DNA of 64,000 bases from Escherichia coli (GTDB lineage: Bacteria; Pseudomonadota; Gammaproteobacteria; Enterobacterales; Enterobacteriaceae), in NCBI RefSeq assembly GCF_045037415.1, contig NZ_CP173438.1. One strand, written 5' to 3'. Each line of letters opens with the position of its first letter. Position 1 is the stretch's first letter. Positions 53,901 through 64,000 of the stretch are shown one piece after another. Position numbers and translations under genes: made by a program. The notes under the pieces were generated by a model that had not been told where the DNA came from, made no database searches, and worked only from the letters and a program-made list of their open reading frames with translations.

Positions 53901-54950
53901 ATTCAGACCATGCGTAGTAAAGGCCGTCAGGTGTTCCAGGCGGTGCGGGAAAACAGCGAAGATGCCCGTGAATGGCAAAGCGGCACCTTTGTCGCTCCGA
54001 CGCTGATCGAACTGGATGACTTTGCCGAATTACAAAAAGAGGTCTTTGGTCCGGTGTTGCATGTGGTGCGTTACAACCGTAACCAGCTCCCAGAGCTGAT
54101 CGAGCAGATTAACGCTTCCGGTTATGGTCTGACGCTTGGCGTCCATACGCGCATTGATGAAACCATCGCCCAGGTCACTGGCTCGGCGCATGTCGGTAAT
54201 CTGTACGTTAACCGTAATATGGTGGGCGCAGTGGTTGGGGTGCAACCGTTCGGCGGCGAAGGATTGTCCGGCACCGGGCCGAAAGCAGGCGGTCCGCTCT
54301 ATCTCTACCGTCTGCTGGCGAATCGCCCGGAAAGTGCGCTGGCGGTGACGCTCGCGCGTCAGGATGCGGAGTATCCGGTCGATGCGCAGTTGAAAGCCGC
54401 ATTGACTCAGCCGCTAAATGCACTGCGGGAATGGGCGGCAAACCGTCCAGAATTGCAGGCGTTATGTACGCAATATGGCGAGTTGGCGCAGGCAGGAACA
54501 CAACGATTGTTGCCAGGGCCGACGGGTGAACGCAACACCTGGACGCTGCTGCCGCGTGAGCGCGTGTTGTGTATTGCGGATGATGAACAGGATGCGCTGA
54601 CTCAGCTCGCCGCCGTGCTGGCGGTGGGTAGCCAGGTGCTGTGGCCGGATAATGCGCTGCATCGTCAGTTAGTGAAGGCATTGCCATCGGCAGTCAGCGA
54701 ACGTATTCAACTGGCGAAAGCGGAAAATATAACCGCTCAACCATTTGATGCGGTGATCTTCCACGGTGATTCGGATCAGCTTCGCGCATTGTGTGAAGCC
54801 GTTGCCGCGCGGGATGGTGCAATTGTTTCGGTGCAGGGTTTTGCCCGTGGCGAAAGCAATATCCTTCTGGAACGGCTGTATATCGAGCGTTCGCTGAGTG
54901 TGAATACCGCTGCCGCTGGCGGTAACGCCAGTTTAATGACGATCGGTTAA
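50988..54950 (+). CDS. putA: Bifunctional proline dehydrogenase / P5C dehydrogenase and transcriptional repressor PutA (1320 aa)
   Basis: Protein MGTTTMGVKLDDATRERIKSAATRIDRTPHWLIKQAIFSYLEQLE... (N-terminal ribbon-helix-helix DNA-binding domain) through to an aldehyde dehydrogenase domain; ATG at 50988. Confidence 0.95.
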   Translation: MGTTTMGVKLDDATRERIKSAATRIDRTPHWLIKQAIFSYLEQLENSDTLPELPALLSGAANESDEAPTPAEEPHQPFLDFAEQILPQSVSRAAITAAYRRPETEAVSMLLEQARLPQPVAEQAHKLAYQLADKLRNQKNASGRAGMVQGLLQEFSLSSQEGVALMCLAEALLRIPDKATRDALIRDKISNGNWQSHIGRSPSLFVNAATWGLLFTGKLVSTHNEASLSRSLNRIIGKSGEPLIRKGVDMAMRLMGEQFVTGETIAEALANARKLEEKGFRYSYDMLGEAALTAADAQAYMVSYQQAIHAIGKASNGRGIYEGPGISIKLSALHPRYSRAQYDRVMEELYPRLKSLTLLARQYDIGINIDAEEADRLEISLDLLEKLCFEPELAGWNGIGFVIQAYQKRCPLVIDYLIDLATRSRRRLMIRLVKGAYWDSEIKRAQMDGLEGYPVYTRKVYTDVSYLACAKKLLAVPNLIYPQFATHNAHTLAAIYQLAGQNYYPGQYEFQCLHGMGEPLYEQVTGKVADGKLNRPCRIYAPVGTHETLLAYLVRRLLENGANTSFVNRIADTSLPLDELVADPVTAVEKLAQQEGQTGLPHPKIPLPRDLYGHGRDNSAGLDLANEHRLASLSSALLNSALQKWQSLPMLEQPVAAGEMSPVINPAEPKDIVGYVREATPREVEQALESAVNNAPIWFATPPAERAAILHRAAVLMESQMQQLIGILVREAGKTFSNAIAEVREAVDFLHYYAGQVRDDFANETHRPLGPVVCISPWNFPLAIFTGQIAAALAAGNSVLAKPAEQTPLIAAQGIAILLEAGVPPGVVQLLPGRGETVGAQLTGDDRVRGVMFTGSTEVATLLQRNIASRLDAQGRPIPLIAETGGMNAMIVDSSALTEQVVIDVLASAFDSAGQRCSALRVLCLQDEIADHTLKMLRGAMAECRMGNPGRLTTDIGPVIDSEAKANIERHIQTMRSKGRQVFQAVRENSEDAREWQSGTFVAPTLIELDDFAELQKEVFGPVLHVVRYNRNQLPELIEQINASGYGLTLGVHTRIDETIAQVTGSAHVGNLYVNRNMVGAVVGVQPFGGEGLSGTGPKAGGPLYLYRLLANRPESALAVTLARQDAEYPVDAQLKAALTQPLNALREWAANRPELQALCTQYGELAQAGTQRLLPGPTGERNTWTLLPRERVLCIADDEQDALTQLAAVLAVGSQVLWPDNALHRQLVKALPSAVSERIQLAKAENITAQPFDAVIFHGDSDQLRALCEAVAARDGAIVSVQGFARGESNILLERLYIERSLSVNTAAAGGNASLMTIG

Positions 54951-54958
54951 ACAGGTAG

Positions 54959-54986
54959 CCGGAGGATGTTACACCTTCCTCCGGCA
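54959..54986. terminator. Shared hairpin between convergent putA and rutR
   Basis: gccggagga-(loop)-tcctccggc inverted repeat between the putA stop (54950) and rutR stop (54990); no strong T-run. Confidence 0.45.
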
Positions 54987-54989
54987 CCA

Positions 54990-55628
54990 TTAGCGTGGTC
55001 GAATCCCCTCAATAATAATCCGCTGCACGTTTTCAACCGTTTGATTGAAAAATACCTCATCGCGCAACGTCGCGCCTGTCACCGCCTCCACCTGAGGGGC
55101 AAAATCGGCGTAATGTTGAGTGGAAGCCCAAATCATAAAAATCAAATGCTGCGGATCAATCGGCGCGAGTTTGCCGCTTTTAACCCAACCGGCAATCAGC
55201 GCCGATTTCTCATCAATTAATGCCTTCAAATCGCCCGTCAGTTCATCCATTAACAGCGGTGCACCTGCCAGCATCTCCATACAGAACAGGCGCGAAGCCT
55301 GCGGATAATCGCGGGAAACTTCCAGCTTCAGACGGATGTACTCTTTGATCGCCGCCAGCGGGGCGAAATCTTCTCGAAACGCTTTTAACGGTGCCAGCCA
55401 GATATCGAGAATCTGCCGCAGTACGGCTATATACAGCGCCTCTTTTGACGGAAAGTAATACAGCAGATTGGTTTTTGAAACACCCGCCAACTCCGCGATC
55501 TGCTCCAGCCTTGTGCCGTGAAAACCGAATTGTGAAAAAGTGTCCAGTGCTGCGCTAAGAATCGCTTTTTTCTTCGCGCTCACTGCGCGCGAACGTTTAC
55601 CCGTTGTTTTCACTGCGCCTTGCGTCAT
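54990..55628 (-). CDS. rutR: TetR-family pyrimidine utilisation regulator RutR (212 aa)
   Basis: Protein MTQGAVKTTGKRSRAVSAKKKAILSAALDTFSQFGFHGTRLEQIAELAGVSKTNLLYYF... with TetR HTH; ATG at 55628. Confidence 0.93.
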   Translation of the reverse strand: MTQGAVKTTGKRSRAVSAKKKAILSAALDTFSQFGFHGTRLEQIAELAGVSKTNLLYYFPSKEALYIAVLRQILDIWLAPLKAFREDFAPLAAIKEYIRLKLEVSRDYPQASRLFCMEMLAGAPLLMDELTGDLKALIDEKSALIAGWVKSGKLAPIDPQHLIFMIWASTQHYADFAPQVEAVTGATLRDEVFFNQTVENVQRIIIEGIRPR

Positions 55629-55814
55629 GCGCTCTCCCCTCTTGTAGATTGGCAACAGGATAGCAAAACCCCCGCCCGGCCTCGACCTTCTGCACTCTCA
55701 TCGCGCACGAATGCATGTTTTATGTGCAACTGTTTTGACCGTTTAGTCCACTTTTTTTCAGGCATTTTAGACAACTTAACATTAACACATTAATAACATT
55801 CACTTTTTAAAAAC

Positions 55815-55830
55815 TGGCATCCGCTTTGCA
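55815..55830 (+). promoter_or_regulatory. Sigma-54 (-24/-12) promoter of rutA
   Basis: TGGCAT-ccgct-TTGCA matches the sigma-54 consensus TGGCAC-N5-TTGCA, about 30 bp upstream of the rutA ATG. NtrC dependence of rut is established knowledge. Confidence 0.75.
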
Positions 55831-55858
55831 AACAAGCCATTACGCGGCTGAAAAGGAT

Positions 55859-57699
<1,841 letters not shown>

Positions 57700-57710
57700 G
57701 GAGTTTAACG

Positions 57711-58097
57711 ATGCCAAAATCCGTAATTATTCCTGCTGGCAGCAGCGCACCGCTGGCCCCCTTCGTTCCCGGCACGCTGGCTGATGGCGTGGTGTATGTC
57801 TCCGGTACGCTGGCTTTTGATCAACATAACAACGTGCTGTTTGCCGATGACCCAAAGGCGCAAACCCGCCACGTTCTGGAAACCATCCGCAAGGTCATCG
57901 AGACGGCGGGTGGCACGATGGCGGATGTGACTTTCAACAGCATCTTTATTACCGACTGGAAAAATTACGCCGCGATTAACGAAATCTACGCCGAGTTTTT
58001 CCCGGGTGACAAACCGGCGCGATTCTGCATTCAGTGCGGACTGGTAAAACCTGACGCGCTGGTGGAAATCGCCACAATTGCGCATATCGCCAAGTGA
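57711..58097 (+). CDS. rutC: RidA/YjgF-family protein RutC (128 aa)
   Basis: Protein [44 protein letters not shown]... ; ATG at 57711. Confidence 0.93.
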
Positions 58098-58104
58098 GGC
58101 CGCG

Positions 58105-58905
58105 ATGAAACTTTCACTCTCACCTCCCCCTTATGCTGATGCGCCCGTAGTGGTGTTGATTTCGGGTCTTGGCGGTAGCGGCAGTTACTGGTTACCGCAA
58201 CTGGCGGTGCTGGATCAGGAGTATCAGGTAGTCTGTTACGACCAGCGCGGCACCGGCAATAATCCCGACACGCTGGCAGAAGATTACAGTATCGCCCAGA
58301 TGGCAGCGGAACTGCATCAGGCGCTGGTAGCCGCAGGGATTGAGCGTTACGCGGTGGTCGGCCATGCGCTCGGTGCGCTGGTGGGAATGCAGCTGGCGCT
58401 GGATTATCCCGCGTCGGTAACTGTGCTGGTCAGCGTTAACGGCTGGCTACGAATAAACACCCATACGCGCCGCTGTTTTCAGGTTCGCGAACAGTTACTA
58501 CATAGCGGCGGCGCGCAGGCATGGGTGGAAGCGCAGCCGTTGTTCCTCTATCCCGCCGACTGGATGGCGGCCCGCGCACCTCGCCTTGAGGCAGAAGATG
58601 CGCTGGCACTGGCGCATTTTCAGGGCAAAAATAATTTACTGCGTCGACTTAACGCCCTCAAACGCGCTGACTTTAGTCACCATGCGGATCGTATCCGCTG
58701 CCCGGTGCAAATCATCTGCGCCAGTGACGATCTGCTGGTGCCAACAGCATGTTCCAGTGAACTTCATGCCGCCCTGCCCGATAGCCAGAAAATGGTGATG
58801 CGCTATGGCGGACACGCCTGCAACGTGACCGATCCCGAAACGTTTAATGCTCTGTTACTCAACGGGCTTGCCAGCCTGTTACATCACCGTGAAGCCGCTC
58901 TGTAA
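58105..58905 (+). CDS. rutD: Alpha/beta hydrolase RutD (266 aa)
   Basis: Protein [51 protein letters not shown]... with GHALG nucleophile elbow; ATG at 58105. Confidence 0.93.
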   Translation: MKLSLSPPPYADAPVVVLISGLGGSGSYWLPQLAVLDQEYQVVCYDQRGTGNNPDTLAEDYSIAQMAAELHQALVAAGIERYAVVGHALGALVGMQLALDYPASVTVLVSVNGWLRINTHTRRCFQVREQLLHSGGAQAWVEAQPLFLYPADWMAARAPRLEAEDALALAHFQGKNNLLRRLNALKRADFSHHADRIRCPVQIICASDDLLVPTACSSELHAALPDSQKMVMRYGGHACNVTDPETFNALLLNGLASLLHHREAAL

Positions 58906-58914
58906 GGAATTGCT

Positions 58915-59505
58915 ATGAACGAAGCCGTTAGCCCAGGTGCGCTTAGCACCCTGTTCACCGATGCCCGCACTCACAACGGCTGGCGGGAGCCCCCCGTCAG
59001 CGATGAGACGTTACGGGAGATTTATGCCCTGATGAAATGGGGGCCGACATCAGCTAACTGTTCTCCGGCCCGGATCGTGTTTATCCGCACTGCAGAAGGA
59101 AAAGAACGTCTGCGCCCGGCGCTTTCCAGCGGCAATCTGCAAAAAACCCTGACCGCGCCCGTCACCGCTATCGTCGCCTGGGACAGTGAATTTTATGAAC
59201 GGTTACCACAGCTGTTTCCTCACGGCGATGCCCGCAGTTGGTTTACCTCCAGTCCACAACTTGCCGAAGAAACAGCGTTTCGCAACAGTTCCATGCAGGC
59301 GGCCTATCTGATCGTCGCCTGCCGTGCGCTGGGGCTGGATACCGGCCCGATGTCGGGCTTTGACCGTCAATACGTTGACGACGCCTTTTTTGCGGGCAGC
59401 ACGCTGAAGAGCGATCTGCTGATTAATATCGGCTATGGCGATTCCAGCAAACTTTTTGCGCGCCTGCCACGTCTGTCCTTTGAAGAAGCCTGCGGGCTGT
59501 TGTAA
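58915..59505 (+). CDS. rutE: Nitroreductase-family malonic semialdehyde reductase RutE (196 aa)
   Basis: Protein [56 protein letters not shown]... ; ATG at 58915. Confidence 0.93.
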   Translation: MNEAVSPGALSTLFTDARTHNGWREPPVSDETLREIYALMKWGPTSANCSPARIVFIRTAEGKERLRPALSSGNLQKTLTAPVTAIVAWDSEFYERLPQLFPHGDARSWFTSSPQLAEETAFRNSSMQAAYLIVACRALGLDTGPMSGFDRQYVDDAFFAGSTLKSDLLINIGYGDSSKLFARLPRLSFEEACGLL

Positions 59506-59515
59506 GGAGCAAACA

Positions 59516-60010
59516 ATGAACATTGTCGATCAACAAACCTTTCGCGATGCGATGTCCTGTATGGGCGCGGCGGTCAATATCATCACTACGGACGGTCCAG
59601 CCGGGCGCGCCGGGTTCACCGCCAGCGCCGTCTGCAGCGTGACCGACACGCCGCCCACATTACTGGTGTGCCTGAATCGTGGGGCGTCCGTCTGGCCGGT
59701 ATTCAATGAAAATCGAACGCTGTGTGTAAATACACTTAGCGCCGGGCAGGAGCCGCTTTCAAACCTTTTTGGCGGCAAAACGCCCATGGAACACCGCTTT
59801 GCCGCCGCCCGCTGGCAGACTGGTGTGACCGGATGCCCGCAACTGGAAAAGGCACTGGTTTCGTTTGACTGCCGTATCAGCCAGGTGGTGAGCGTCGGCA
59901 CCCACGACATTTTGTTTTGCGCCATCGAAGCGATTCATCGTCACGCCACACCCTACGGGCTGGTGTGGTTCGATCGCAGTTATCACGCGCTGATGCGCCC
60001 TGCTTGTTAA
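59516..60010 (+). CDS. rutF: Flavin reductase RutF (164 aa)
   Basis: Protein [54 protein letters not shown]... ; ATG at 59516. Confidence 0.93.
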   Translation: MNIVDQQTFRDAMSCMGAAVNIITTDGPAGRAGFTASAVCSVTDTPPTLLVCLNRGASVWPVFNENRTLCVNTLSAGQEPLSNLFGGKTPMEHRFAAARWQTGVTGCPQLEKALVSFDCRISQVVSVGTHDILFCAIEAIHRHATPYGLVWFDRSYHALMRPAC

Positions 60011-60030
60011 CCTCCTTAAGGAGACAGCTG

Positions 60031-61359
60031 ATGGCAATGTTCGGTTTTCCTCACTGGCAGTTAAAATCGACCTCTACAGAGAGCGGCGTGGTCGCGCCGG
60101 ACGAACGATTGCCGTTTGCTCAAACGGCAGTAATGGGCGTTCAACACGCGGTGGCGATGTTTGGCGCGACGGTGTTAATGCCGATTCTGATGGGGCTGGA
60201 TCCCAATCTTTCCATTTTAATGTCGGGGATCGGCACGTTACTGTTTTTCTTTATTACCGGCGGGCGCGTGCCCAGTTATCTCGGTTCCAGCGCGGCTTTT
60301 GTCGGCGTGGTGATTGCCGCGACGGGCTTTAATGGTCAGGGAATTAATCCGAACATCAGCATCGCGCTGGGCGGGATTATCGCCTGTGGGCTGGTTTATA
60401 CCGTCATTGGCCTGGTGGTGATGAAAATCGGTACGCGCTGGATTGAACGACTAATGCCGCCGGTTGTGACGGGTGCGGTAGTGATGGCGATTGGCCTGAA
60501 CTTAGCGCCTATCGCAGTGAAAAATGTATCGGCTTCGGCCTTTGATAGCTGGATGGCGGTAATGACGGTGCTGTGTATTGGGCTGGTGGCCGTATTTACC
60601 CGTGGCATGATCCAGCGATTATTGATTCTCGTAGGATTAATTGTCGCCTGTCTGCTGTATGGCGTGATGACCAACGTTTTAGGGCTGGGAAAAGCCGTCG
60701 ATTTTACTCTCGTCAGCCATGCTGCCTGGTTCGGTCTGCCACATTTTTCCACTCCTGCTTTTAATGGTCAGGCAATGATGCTGATTGCGCCCGTGGCGGT
60801 GATTCTGGTGGCGGAAAACTTAGGTCATCTCAAGGCGGTCGCCGGGATGACCGGACGCAATATGGACCCGTATATGGGGCGGGCATTCGTAGGCGATGGG
60901 CTGGCGACGATGCTTTCTGGCTCTGTCGGCGGTAGCGGCATAACCACCTACGCCGAGAATATCGGTGTGATGGCCGTGACAAAAGTCTACTCGACGCTGG
61001 TGTTTGTTGCCGCTGCCGTCATCGCCATGCTGTTGGGCTTTTCGCCGAAATTTGGCGCGCTGATCCATACTATTCCGGCTGCGGTGATTGGTGGTGCATC
61101 AATTGTTGTGTTCGGGCTGATTGCCGTCGCAGGCGCACGGATCTGGGTACAAAACAGTGTGGATTTAAGCCAGAACGGTAATTTGATTATGGTCGCAGTA
61201 ACCTTAGTGCTGGGTGCGGGTGATTTTGCTCTCACACTGGGCGGTTTTACGTTGGGAGGGATCGGTACAGCCACCTTTGGCGCGATTTTACTCAATGCGT
61301 TGTTAAGCAGAAGGTTGGTTGACGTTCCACCGCCAGAAGTTGTTCATCAGAAGCCATAA
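60031..61359 (+). CDS. rutG: Pyrimidine permease RutG (NCS2 family), 442 aa
   Basis: Protein MAMFGFPHWQLKSTSTESGVVAPDERLPFAQTAVMGVQHAVAMFGATVLMP... ; ATG at 60031. Confidence 0.93.
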   Translation: MAMFGFPHWQLKSTSTESGVVAPDERLPFAQTAVMGVQHAVAMFGATVLMPILMGLDPNLSILMSGIGTLLFFFITGGRVPSYLGSSAAFVGVVIAATGFNGQGINPNISIALGGIIACGLVYTVIGLVVMKIGTRWIERLMPPVVTGAVVMAIGLNLAPIAVKNVSASAFDSWMAVMTVLCIGLVAVFTRGMIQRLLILVGLIVACLLYGVMTNVLGLGKAVDFTLVSHAAWFGLPHFSTPAFNGQAMMLIAPVAVILVAENLGHLKAVAGMTGRNMDPYMGRAFVGDGLATMLSGSVGGSGITTYAENIGVMAVTKVYSTLVFVAAAVIAMLLGFSPKFGALIHTIPAAVIGGASIVVFGLIAVAGARIWVQNSVDLSQNGNLIMVAVTLVLGAGDFALTLGGFTLGGIGTATFGAILLNALLSRRLVDVPPPEVVHQKP

Positions 61360-61376
61360 ACAGAAAACCGCCGGGG

Positions 61377-61409
61377 CTACCGGCGGTGATGGCGTTTTGA
61401 CGAGCTACA
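61377..61409 (+). terminator. Candidate rho-independent terminator after rutG
   Basis: Hairpin accgccgg-ggctac-ccggcggt, followed a few bases later by a short T-run. Confidence 0.5.
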
Positions 61410-61441
61410 GACAAAAATGCATGCGTCATTGATTAGCCCGG

Positions 61442-61615
61442 CTAGTTGTCGCTTTTACCGTGACTGCTCTTGCCACCTTTTTTACCTGCTTCAGATGCGC
61501 GCTGCGGGTCATTTTTGAAATTACCTCCGCTGTGCTGTCCACCTTTTTTACCTGCTTCTGATGCTCTTTCGCGGTCTTCTGCAAAATTGCCGGAACCGCC
61601 TCGATGGTTTGCCAT
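61442..61615 (-). CDS. ymdF: KGG-repeat stress-induced protein YmdF (57 aa)
   Basis: Protein MANHRGGSGNFAEDRERASEAGKKGGQHSGGNFKNDPQRASEAGKKGGKSSHGKSDN with two RASEAGKKGG repeats; ATG at 61615. Confidence 0.9.
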   Translation of the reverse strand: MANHRGGSGNFAEDRERASEAGKKGGQHSGGNFKNDPQRASEAGKKGGKSSHGKSDN

Positions 61616-61969
61616 TACTGACCTCCGTCTGGGTATAGACATCATATTGCATAGAATTAACGCGGCGTATGGCGGCTGCCATATTTTCGCTACGTGGAAC
61701 TAAGCTTAGTGAACTGACGCGGGCAGATCCGCGTTTGGTAATATCCTGCAACAGCTTCTTAGCGAGAATAGATATCATCTCCAATAATTATCCATAAGCC
61801 GCTCTTATGATTAAAAAAACGCGATGAGATAAAAATGTGTCATTTTGCGACAAAATTACGTGCTTGTGAAAGTTGTTATAAATCAAATAAGTGGTTGTGA
61901 AATTTGCACTCTGAAAAGGACGTCTTATCTTTAAATAAGTGGTAGCGAATCGCTACGGAATAGAGATAA

Positions 61970-62584
<615 letters not shown>

Positions 62585-62604
62585 TCTTCAACAGGAGGAT
62601 ACGC

Positions 62605-62832
62605 ATGCCAACTCAAGAAGCGAAAGCTCATCACGTCGGTGAATGGGCATCTCTGCGCAATACGTCGCCGGAAATAGCCGAGGCCATTTTCGAAGTCGCC
62701 GGGTACGACGAAAAAATGGCGGAAAAGATTTGGGAAGAAGGTAGCGATGAAGTGTTAGTCAAAGCCTTTGCTAAGACCGATAAAGATTCGCTTTTTTGGG
62801 GCGAACAGACCATCGAACGTAAAAACGTTTAA
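62605..62832 (+). CDS. yccJ: Small conserved protein YccJ (75 aa)
   Basis: Protein [46 protein letters not shown]... ; ATG at 62605 with AGGAGG upstream. Confidence 0.9.
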
Positions 62833-62839
62833 CCAGCGA

Positions 62840-62868
62840 CTCCCCCGCTTCACGCGGGGGAGTTTTCT
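62840..62868. terminator. Terminator hairpin between convergent yccJ and agp
   Basis: Hairpin ctcccccg-cttcacg-cgggggag followed by ttttctgttattt; the agp stop lies at 62870. Confidence 0.65.
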
Positions 62869-62869
62869 G

Positions 62870-64000
62870 TTATTTCACCGCTTCATTCAATACGCGATCA
62901 AACTTATCCATTGGGCAAAAACCGTTGGCATCTATCGGGCAACCGCTTAATTCCAGCGTCACGCGCTGCGCAGGTGCCTGCAGGGTTAACGCATCGGCAT
63001 TACGTAACTGTTCCGCACTCTGGTACACATATTCAATTTTCATCAAATCGCGATTGGCTTTGCTGTCATGCCAACGCTGGAAAACGATTTTGCCGCCAAT
63101 CGGCGTGCGTTCGTTCTGGTCATGCAACTGATACGGTTTGAAATCCAGCGCCGTTAACAGAGAGGCAATGTTGGAGTCGTGCCCAACTAATACCGTGATT
63201 TTCGGTGCACTGGTGCGTTCAGTGACCAGGGCTTTGTCGATATAACTGACCAGCGGTTTCGCAACATTGCGCGCCACTTCCGGTGAGGTAAACAGGCTGT
63301 CCTGGTAACCGTTTTTCAGCTTCGACAACACCTTCCACTGCTGGTCAGATTTGATTTCTCCCCAGGCCACCTGATCCATCGGAAAACCTTCGTAGTATTG
63401 CAAAGTAAACGCATCTACCAGCGAGTTGCCGACTTTCAGCGGCCCGGAAACGCCCGGTTCTTGTTGATACTTCGCGCTAAAGGTATTTTTGCCATCTACA
63501 AGCGAACATTGTTGCTTCTCTTTACACGCAGGAGAATCTTTATAGTTAACGATTTGTTCCAGTAGCTTGTAGCTGTCGGTAAGCTGGAGTTTGCTGAGCT
63601 CTTTCTCCATTGCCGCCACCGCCTGTTCACTGAATGCGGCGGAATCATCGGTGATCACTGGGTTAAAGGTGGGGTCCATAGTGCCCATTTTTTCCTGGTG
63701 ATGAACAGGAATATCACACCCCGGGAATGCGCCGGTAATGAAGAACTGTGCGGTCGCAACGGTGCGTTGCAGACTATTGGCATAGGCATAAACGGTGTCC
63801 GGTGGCGGGCATTCCCCTGATTTCACCATCCCCTGTTCTGCCAGCCATTCACGCATATAATGGCCCATATACACTTCGAGCACGCCCCCTTTAGTGGTGA
63901 GCTGCCCACCGGGGACGTCCCATTCAGGCCATTTATTCGGCGTCGACTGCTCCAGCACACTGCCATTGTTCGCCAGCGGCGCACGTAAGTTATGACGGCT
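62870..64000 (-). CDS. agp: Periplasmic glucose-1-phosphatase Agp, C-terminal part only; start lies beyond the window end
   Basis: In-window protein ...[45 protein letters not shown]...RVLNEAVK is a histidine acid phosphatase and matches Agp; frame is open to the window edge. Confidence 0.9.
   Translation of the reverse strand, partial: SRHNLRAPLANNGSVLEQSTPNKWPEWDVPGGQLTTKGGVLEVYMGHYMREWLAEQGMVKSGECPPPDTVYAYANSLQRTVATAQFFITGAFPGCDIPVHHQEKMGTMDPTFNPVITDDSAAFSEQAVAAMEKELSKLQLTDSYKLLEQIVNYKDSPACKEKQQCSLVDGKNTFSAKYQQEPGVSGPLKVGNSLVDAFTLQYYEGFPMDQVAWGEIKSDQQWKVLSKLKNGYQDSLFTSPEVARNVAKPLVSYIDKALVTERTSAPKITVLVGHDSNIASLLTALDFKPYQLHDQNERTPIGGKIVFQRWHDSKANRDLMKIEYVYQSAEQLRNADALTLQAPAQRVTLELSGCPIDANGFCPMDKFDRVLNEAVK

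Noticed and set aside
54208-54687. Long antisense ORFs inside known genes, e.g. 159 aa antisense in putA; also 49609-50244 in putP, 20407-20979 in opgH, 45734-46282 in efeB, 8248-8709 in mdtH, 56189-56689 in rutA
   Set aside because: They are fully embedded opposite strongly recognised genes and their products are low-complexity (R/P/A/H-rich) with no recognisable domains. Open antisense frames of this kind are expected in GC-rich coding DNA.

Overview
This window is a well-characterised Escherichia coli chromosomal segment (reverse-complemented relative to the usual K-12 map), and I did not find a previously undescribed system in it. Every ORF of about 100 aa or more matches a known E. coli protein. 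In window order the content is: flgE (partial), flgDCB on the minus strand and flgA-flgMN on the plus strand; murJ, mviM, yceH, rimJ; mdtH, grxB, yceB, pyrC, dinI, bssS, solA, yceO, yceJ-yceI; yceA; lpxL, mdtG, msyB; yceK, opgGH; opgC; clsC-ymdB-ymdA; the curli locus csgBAC / csgDEFG; ycdZ, ycdY, ycdX, ghrA; tRNA-Ser serX; ycdT (dgcT); pgaABCD; phoH; efeUOB; putP / putA; rutR / rutABCDEFG; ymdF; wrbA, yccJ; and agp (partial). Gene starts were set by checking the start codon in the sequence and trimming the ORF-track extensions, which appear to begin at alternative start codons. Two points suggest the source is not MG1655 itself: efeU is an intact reading frame, and serX is followed after about 100 bp by the ycdT stop with no ycdU, ymdE or IS3 in between. 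No CRISPR array, IS element, integrase or prophage gene was seen. The findings below are mostly known regulatory architecture read directly from the sequence, plus a few strain-level and annotation-level oddities. All identifications rest on recalled protein sequences and motifs, not on a database search.
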